Assembly (NCBI GenBank): GCA_008369845.1
Contig: MRSU01010908.1
Span: forward strand, 1 to 48,707
Direction: 5' to 3'
DNA: 48,707 nt
Source of the DNA: Trichomonas gallinae
Lineage: Eukaryota
Shown here: positions 42,452-48,707 of the stretch, in pieces
Layout of the letters: every line of letters begins with the position of its first letter
Numbering within the stretch: the first letter of the stretch is position 1
Translations under genes and position numbers: made by a program
Notes under the pieces: generated by a model
Databases searched by the model: none
What the model was told of the DNA's origin: nothing
What the model saw: only the letters and a program-made list of their open reading frames with translations

Positions 42452-43942
42452 TTATAAAAACATATTATTACATGACCAATCTTTGAAAAAATCATCTTGT
42501 GTTGATGCGATTTGAGCAATTTGGCCCCAAATCGGGATAACATCCATTCGATGCTGAATCTCTTTTGCTTGTTTTGAGCGTTCAAACATTGATAGTTTTT
42601 GCAATAAATGGCTTGCAAGTTCCCGTGCGTCTTTTTTCCAAATATCTTTGGCAGATGTCACAGCCGGTATCAAATATTGCACAATGATCTGTGGAACATT
42701 CTTGAACGCGTGAAGAAACTGCTCATTGTCGCAGTAAATAATCGCATTAACACAAGTTGATACGTGAGGGGATGATATTGCAGAAGAAAACATCTGTATA
42801 ATAAGAGGAGCTGACATCGCAAAGACAGCTTCCGGTAAATATGGAAGCAAATTTGTTAATTGATTCAAAAAAACTAAACATTTCTTTGGATTCGTTTTCG
42901 GCCAGTGCATGTGCAAATACTTTAGGCACCAAAACGTTGTGGCCGGGTCCTGGATCTGAAAGAACAACGAAAGTTCAGATAATGGTTGGTCAAAATTATA
43001 TGCGTAAGGAGTTGAATATAAAGGATAAAAAACAGTCCTAAAGGTCAGGAAAGCGGACTGTTTCAACGGTGGTTGAAGAGAAGTGTAATATGCAAAAAAT
43101 AATCTTAAAATTGATGCTATTGATGAGTATTGGTTAACATTGTCGTAATAAGCGATGATCTTGTTTGTCATGTAATGCAGAATATCATGCCTTTGACCAA
43201 TATATGAATCGATTATCAATTTAATTGTTTCTTCAAACTGATTCTGTTCTTCTGTGACTGGTGTGTCAAGCGAACTTACTAGAGATTTGCAGAAATCAGG
43301 TGTTAGCAATGCTACAAAAGCATTATGGTCAAGCATTAAAGCTCTTATTATTTGATGACAAATTTTCAAGTGTTCCCAGTTCGTAATACGGAAAATTAGT
43401 TTTACCTCGGAGAACTCATTTCTATCTTGTGGTCTAATTGAATTTCTAAAGATGTGACCGGACGCGAGATTAAATATTGCAGTAAAAACATCAATTGGAA
43501 CACCATATCTGTATATAGGATCTTTCATTAGTTTAAGAATATTCGATAATGCCTCTGTTTTCTTTTTAATTTCTTGATCTTCTTCAAAATTATCTGAAAT
43601 AACAAACTCAACAAGCTCATATTTTGCATTTAAATCAATTCTTTGTATGAGTGGAAGAATGTCAACAAGTATATGAGCATGTGGAGTCAATGGTGGCAAT
43701 TTTGTTTGTAATAACGAAGAATTTTTTGCAAAACTTGAATAATTTCTAACACCTGGTGTAGCAACTTTGTTTTCGTTCGTCCTTCCAAGCGGAATAATGA
43801 TTGGAGGAGGCTTTGGAGTGATATTTTTTGGTTTGACTAAATGAGGCCTCATGGAAGGAATAGGAATTTGCTTATGTTCCACACCAGCACGAGCATTGAG
43901 TTTAAACCCACTGATCTGATTATTAGAGTTTTTATGCTTCAT
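42452..43942 (-). CDS. PP2A regulatory subunit B56 (B') family protein
   Basis: First ATG at 43942 (the track start is TTG). IFR, WEHL...Q and HWPKTNPKK..FL..L motifs of B56. Confidence 0.88.
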   Translation of the reverse strand: MKHKNSNNQISGFKLNARAGVEHKQIPIPSMRPHLVKPKNITPKPPPIIIPLGRTNENKVATPGVRNYSSFAKNSSLLQTKLPPLTPHAHILVDILPLIQRIDLNAKYELVEFVISDNFEEDQEIKKKTEALSNILKLMKDPIYRYGVPIDVFTAIFNLASGHIFRNSIRPQDRNEFSEVKLIFRITNWEHLKICHQIIRALMLDHNAFVALLTPDFCKSLVSSLDTPVTEEQNQFEETIKLIIDSYIGQRHDILHYMTNKIIAYYDNVNQYSSIASILRLFFAYYTSLQPPLKQSAFLTFRTVFYPLYSTPYAYNFDQPLSELSLFFQIQDPATTFWCLKYLHMHWPKTNPKKCLVFLNQLTNLLPYLPEAVFAMSAPLIIQMFSSAISSPHVSTCVNAIIYCDNEQFLHAFKNVPQIIVQYLIPAVTSAKDIWKKDARELASHLLQKLSMFERSKQAKEIQHRMDVIPIWGQIAQIASTQDDFFKDWSCNNMFL

Positions 43943-44650
43943 TTTTGGAACATTCAGCAACTTGTCAGTTTTTCAACACTTTTTTTACTCAATAATGATT
44001 AATTCTTATGTTTGGACATTGCGGAACATTCTTTTGGGCATATGTATTTGTTTGGATTATTCCAAATTTGAATTATACATCAGCAACAGTCATTATAACG
44101 ATTTTTATTTTATTTTTTTGTAAAAAATTCACCATGAAAATAATTGAAGTTTATCAATTTAGATGAATAAAATTGAACTAATCTAGTAGGTCAGCATAAT
44201 AGTATACTATATTAATATGTGATTCATCTGTTTGTACTGTATATATAGCCATAATCTGGAAGGATTTCGCTGAAAAGACGAGAAGTCAACTTCATTTTTT
44301 ATGAATTCTTAATTTTTATTGCCTTTGTAATATTTTTTATATTTAAAATTCTATGAAACATGTTAAAAATTAAATTAATTTTCGAAGATTTTTTATCTAT
44401 TTTTCAATTTTCATTGAAAGATCATCGATTTAAGCAAAATTAAATAATAAATTTGGTTCTATAATTCGTTATCATTTTATATATGCTAAAAAATCAAAGT
44501 TTTATTAACTACATTTGTATATGAAGAATTTCTTAATTACATCATACTTTAATTTTATAATAATTATCAAATATAAAGTTTCTCATATTTTATTATGATA
44601 TAGTTCGATGCTAAAATATCAATTCATATTACAAATAATAATTATATAAT

Positions 44651-45907
44651 TTATTTAGTTTTCTGTCTAGCTCTCCTAATAAAGCTCATTCCTCTTTTGC
44701 CGAGTTCTCTAGGTGTATTCTCTCTAAATGTATCTTCTTCATCTTCCTTATAATAGATATTGCGCTGTAAGACATTTGGTGGCTGTGGCTGGCGCCAGAA
44801 TACCTCCATTACTTCTTCTCTATTTTTGGTCATTCTCATGAATTCTTTGATGATAGGAGTCCTGCATGCAATGTGTTCCAATCTATCACCGCTGCTAGAA
44901 TATCTCTTGAAATCACCAAGGATTGCATCAGGATTTCGTGGACAACCAAATAATTTAGTTAAATATAATATGAAAAATTCAGAAATCATTGTCTTAACGA
45001 TAGTTGATGGAAATGCTGGACTATAGTTCATTGTTGCATTGCGGATACTTTGCGCAAATGATGCAATTTCCGAATTAAGCCATGATTTGTATTTTGGAGG
45101 GCGTTGGCATGAAATATAAATATCATCACAGTTGAAAACGACATCTACTGATTCGATTTGCTCGGATATCGATAAAAATGATGTTGAATGAATTCCAACA
45201 ACGCCTTCATATATCTTAAAGGCTGAAGCCACATTATCGTGAAGCAGTAAAGGATAAAATGTTTCAGCGGAGACAACTGGATAAAAAAAAGAAGCGATTG
45301 CAAAAACTGTTTGCGTAATTTTTGATGTTGATGATGAAACAACGAAAATTCGTCGACCTGCACAGATAAGAGATATCAAAGTACCAATAAGTGCCGGTGG
45401 ATAGTTTGATAAGAAGAAATAATGCAAATATGCAATTTCGCTCGAAGGAGAGACTCCCATGGATAGGTTCATTTCGTCTTTCTTTGGTTTTATATCGAAA
45501 TCTTCGAGTTTAAATTTGATTTTTGATGCTCTCCTGTAAAATCTTTTTTCGACTTGTGAAGTGATTGTTGAAAACAAAGCGCTGAATAGTCTGAAGTGAT
45601 GGTATTTAGTGATGAAAGATATCGTAAGATATTTCGAAGTTAAAATGTAATATTGTGTATACACGTAATATTGGTTTCCATTATGGTCTCTAATGAAATG
45701 AACTGTCATATCAGTATCCCATGTAATTCCTTGACTGTCAATAAGCGGAAAAGCGCAAGTTTTAATTAAATTTTTAAAATGAGCTGAGTAATCATCATGA
45801 TCTGGGAATACCACGTTAACGTCTGATACAGTGTTGCCGGATTTTTCAACAAGAAAGACTGCATCAAATAATAACTCTTTAGATCCTTCACCACGGAAAA
45901 CAAACAT
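44651..45907 (-). CDS. DENN-domain-like protein (putative Rab GEF)
   Basis: CAFP, ISFITKYHHF.LF, GRRIFVVSSS..KIT.......SFFYP...FYPLL and VVGIH match the uDENN/cDENN pattern. Confidence 0.75.
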   Translation of the reverse strand: MFVFRGEGSKELLFDAVFLVEKSGNTVSDVNVVFPDHDDYSAHFKNLIKTCAFPLIDSQGITWDTDMTVHFIRDHNGNQYYVYTQYYILTSKYLTISFITKYHHFRLFSALFSTITSQVEKRFYRRASKIKFKLEDFDIKPKKDEMNLSMGVSPSSEIAYLHYFFLSNYPPALIGTLISLICAGRRIFVVSSSTSKITQTVFAIASFFYPVVSAETFYPLLLHDNVASAFKIYEGVVGIHSTSFLSISEQIESVDVVFNCDDIYISCQRPPKYKSWLNSEIASFAQSIRNATMNYSPAFPSTIVKTMISEFFILYLTKLFGCPRNPDAILGDFKRYSSSGDRLEHIACRTPIIKEFMRMTKNREEVMEVFWRQPQPPNVLQRNIYYKEDEEDTFRENTPRELGKRGMSFIRRARQKTK

Positions 45908-46237
45908 TTTATATGAAATCCAATTCGATATGTATTTGATATATGCATGCTATACAATACTCGAATATCGAGGAATAACTTCGCAAACACACAAAAAAAT
46001 TATCAAATTTTTATTTAAATCGAAAATCTCCACTGAACTCGTTTCACAAATCATTAAATGCAACTATGTGTGCTGATTTTTGCTTTTGAGCCTTTTTTTA
46101 CGTAAAATTCAAAATTTCAAAATTTGGAAGATAATATAAAAACTCCGATGTAAAACAACATAAAAATGATTTATGGAAGGTCTCACATAAAGTGATGCCT
46201 ATAATATCGATAATAATATAATGGATAATTAAAAGTC

Positions 46238-47632
46238 TTATGTAACGCATCCGCATTCAGGATTTGGCTCGAATTGATCCACATATTCATTTTGATATAC
46301 GTCTCCTTGAATAATTGGCACAGAGTCAGGAATTTGACCATCAAATGGAGAGTTAGTGCTAACGTAAGAAAATCCTTGAACATTGAGCTGAATTGTATCA
46401 TCTACAAGTGAATCATTTGGTGTTTGTTCGGTAAATTGATTATCAAAATTCTCGACTGAGTCAGGAGTTTCAACATAAGGCACGAAATCTAATTCATACT
46501 CTCTGTTGACTACTTTATCCCAGTCTATATCGTCGAAAAATGGATGTTGAGTGATGTCAGTTCCGATACTACCTAATCTCTTTGCTGGCTCCTTAACCAA
46601 CAGTTGTGAAAGGAAGCTTCGTGTGTTGCTGTCTAATGATGTTGGGAATTTTGGCTCATTATTCATAATAAGCTGAAATAGACGACTTGGATTTGCAGAA
46701 GCGAATGGAAGCTTGTTGCACAGTAGCTGGTATGCAATAACACCTAATGACCACCAATCTACAGCAAATGTTTGTGGCTGCTCGCGTAGCATTTCCGGAG
46801 CAATATATTCGCATGTTCCGCAGAGAGATTTAGCGTCAGATTCAGAGCTTATTTCTTTAGCTAAACCGAAATCCGCAAGTTTTATATGTCCTTCGCTGTC
46901 AAGTAAAATGTTTTCTGGCTTCAAATCTCTGTAGATGATGCCTAAGCTGTGCAAAGTCTTAAGAGCGAGAACAAGCTCAGCCAAGTATATTTTAATTTGT
47001 GGTCGTGAAAAGAAAGTGTTTTGATCCATATGATGTCGTAGATCTCCTCCTGCTTCGTATTCCATTACAAAGTAAAGTTTAGATGGAGACTGGAACGCGT
47101 AGTGCAGACGCGTAATGAACTGGTGCTTAGCACGCATAAGAGCGTTTCTTTCTGCCCACACTCTTGAAACTTTCTTTTCTGCAGGAAGTGAGTCCTTCCT
47201 AATGACTTTGATAGCAAATAGCTCACCAGACGACTTCTTCTCAGCCAGAAATACTTTACCTGAAGCTCCTCGACCAATAATTTTTTTCAAGTTGAAGCTG
47301 TCAATGCTAAGTTTCTCGTTTGTTGGCTCAATTTTCAGGGCGCATATCCACTTTTGAGCCTGATGTATCGAAGTATCATAAAAAATAAAAGAAGTCGCAT
47401 TCGATAGCTGAATCTGAAATCCTGGTCGCGATGATGCTGGGAGGGACGTGACGCTTTTGATTTGGGCCAGTGAAATTTCTTTGTCGACTTTTGTCATACT
47501 TTCATCTGTGAAGCAAATAAATGTTGTATCAGTGACAACACAATACAACTGTCTGTCGAATCTAAAGGCAGCTGTTTTTTGCCGTAACCAGCCCATAATG
47601 GAGAGGAGTGTTTCCTCTCCTTTGTTCTCCAT
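46238..47632 (-). CDS. PH-domain AGC Ser/Thr kinase (PKB/Akt-like)
   Basis: N-terminal PH (GWL...AQKWI); GRGASGKV, AIK, YRDLKPEN, DFG, LCGTCEYIAPE; AGC tail NFD.QFT and hydrophobic motif GFSYV. Confidence 0.95.
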   Translation of the reverse strand: MENKGEETLLSIMGWLRQKTAAFRFDRQLYCVVTDTTFICFTDESMTKVDKEISLAQIKSVTSLPASSRPGFQIQLSNATSFIFYDTSIHQAQKWICALKIEPTNEKLSIDSFNLKKIIGRGASGKVFLAEKKSSGELFAIKVIRKDSLPAEKKVSRVWAERNALMRAKHQFITRLHYAFQSPSKLYFVMEYEAGGDLRHHMDQNTFFSRPQIKIYLAELVLALKTLHSLGIIYRDLKPENILLDSEGHIKLADFGLAKEISSESDAKSLCGTCEYIAPEMLREQPQTFAVDWWSLGVIAYQLLCNKLPFASANPSRLFQLIMNNEPKFPTSLDSNTRSFLSQLLVKEPAKRLGSIGTDITQHPFFDDIDWDKVVNREYELDFVPYVETPDSVENFDNQFTEQTPNDSLVDDTIQLNVQGFSYVSTNSPFDGQIPDSVPIIQGDVYQNEYVDQFEPNPECGCVT

Positions 47633-47690
47633 GGATAAATATAAAAAAAAATTTTTTTCATCGTTTATCCTTCAAAACTTTCAATTCAAA

Positions 47691-47830
47691 TTTTGTCACT
47701 TTTAATTTAAAATAGTCACTTTTTATTCAATATTTTCACTTTTTACAATTTTGTCACTTTTAATTCAATCTCGACACTTTTTATTCAATCTCGGCACTTT
47801 TTATTCAATTATGTCACGTTTCTGTCAATT
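47691..47830. repeat. Seven-copy ~20-bp tandem repeat containing GTCACTTT-like cores upstream of the kinase
   Basis: CAC(T/G) cores at 47697, 47717, 47737, 47755, 47775, 47795 and 47815; unit approximately TTGTCACTTTTTATTCAATY. Confidence 0.85.
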
Positions 47831-48637
47831 TAATAGAAAAGACGTTAAAACAATTTTAAAAGAATTTTTTATCCTAGTAAATAAACCTTTAATAATTCTG
47901 GAAATTCATCCAAAAATAAAAAATGATCCCTATTTTTTTTATAAGAAAATCGGTTCTAAATATTTACAACACTAAAAATAAATTGCTCATAATGTATGTA
48001 TTATAAATATGCTAATAAATTGTTCTAATTTATTTAATGTTAAACAATTAGACCAACTATTGTAGTTTTGCTAAAATAAAGTGATAAACTCATAAGGAAA
48101 CGTGTTTATTTCCTAACGTCATTATTCTTTTTCATCAGTTCATGTTTTGAAAAATGATTTTGATATCTTTTAGATAATCATATACAATAACGAGATTTGT
48201 GCAGTATAAATCTAATTAGTATTTATTCATGTAGCTTGTGAAATAGATAATATCAACTAAAATGAACTCATTCCGAAATTCTTCCCGGATTTCCAAAATG
48301 AACTATCTATTCATAAAAATCTATTAATTTTGTAATAAGTATGTTATTTAATGCCTAAACCAGTAATGATGAGCATTTCTTGAAGCACAAATTAATGCTT
48401 TTCATTTCGAATTCATGGGATGCGTTATGATTCATATGAAGCAGCAACACAAAGTTATTAATGATTAAGTGACAACATCTACTTTTTTTTTTATCAAATT
48501 TGTAATGTATTTAAGAGAATGATTGACAATTTACGATACAAGTCTCAAGTTCATATTGATATAGTGAATTTAATGTTATTGAAAAAAGGCAAGCATTCTG
48601 AGTCTTTTTCAAGTATTTAGTAAAAAAGAAAAAGTTT

Positions 48638-48707
48638 TGCCTACGACCGGAGTTGAACCGGCGACCTTGCGCTTACAAGGCGCACGCAATAACCACTATG
48701 CTACGCA
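48638..48707 (-). tRNA. tRNA-Thr(TGT), first ~3 nt cut off by the window edge
   Basis: Reverse complement: (GCC)TGCG TA GCATAGTGGTTATTGC G TGCGC-CT TGT AA-GCGCA AGGTC GCCGG-TTCAACT-CCGGT CGTAGGC A, followed by T-runs. Confidence 0.96.

Noticed and set aside
22844..43942. Functional cluster of PP2A B'', B56, cyclase and kinase genes
   Set aside because: These families are greatly expanded in trichomonads and the genes are dispersed, so co-occurrence is expected by chance.
584..43960. TTG/GTG starts given by the ORF track (1618, 3128, 16236, 43960)
   Set aside because: Eukaryotic context; nearby in-frame ATGs explain these genes.
48339..48363. 25-nt GTATGT...CCTAAACCAG resembling a short trichomonad intron
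   Set aside because: Removing it restores no meaningful reading frame; flanks contain stops in all frames.
48360..48460. Possible ankyrin remnant on the minus strand (KALICASRNAH)
   Set aside because: Only ~11 residues of resemblance; too short to support.

Overview
AT-rich, nearly intron-free eukaryotic DNA that reads as a trichomonad (parabasalid, Trichomonas-like) genome segment. This is an inference from the gene set (R2R3 Myb, transmembrane PAS adenylyl cyclase, TpLRR/BspA-like and ankyrin proteins) and from TCAYW initiator-like motifs just before many ATGs. The window runs between two inward-facing tRNA genes, tRNA-Asn(GTT) and tRNA-Thr(TGT), each clipped at its 5' end. It holds 19 protein-coding loci, mostly signalling, trafficking and regulatory: CSN3-like PCI protein, CobD-like PLP enzyme, neurobeachin-like protein without BEACH, roadblock/LC7, ankyrin protein, Myb, 3xRRM protein with a prion-like tail, RasGAP-like protein with a PAKK tail, TALE homeobox, PP2A B'' and B56 subunits, adenylyl cyclase, BspA-like LRR, beta-helix/RING protein, importin-like protein, DENN protein, PH-AGC kinase and two unknowns. 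The ORF track misses several things: (1) a probable split ankyrin gene that needs a GT..GG intron or a 1-nt frameshift; (2) a 28-bp G-U-containing hairpin that starts at an Inr-like motif (candidate ncRNA); (3) oriented TGACA/AAAGTGAC arrays in promoters; (4) a duplicated palindromic module in a divergent promoter; (5) an ATG-less, compositionally atypical BspA-like frame with a Cys-containing insert; (6) an ankyrin pseudogene. All family calls come from reading motifs by eye; no database searches were run.
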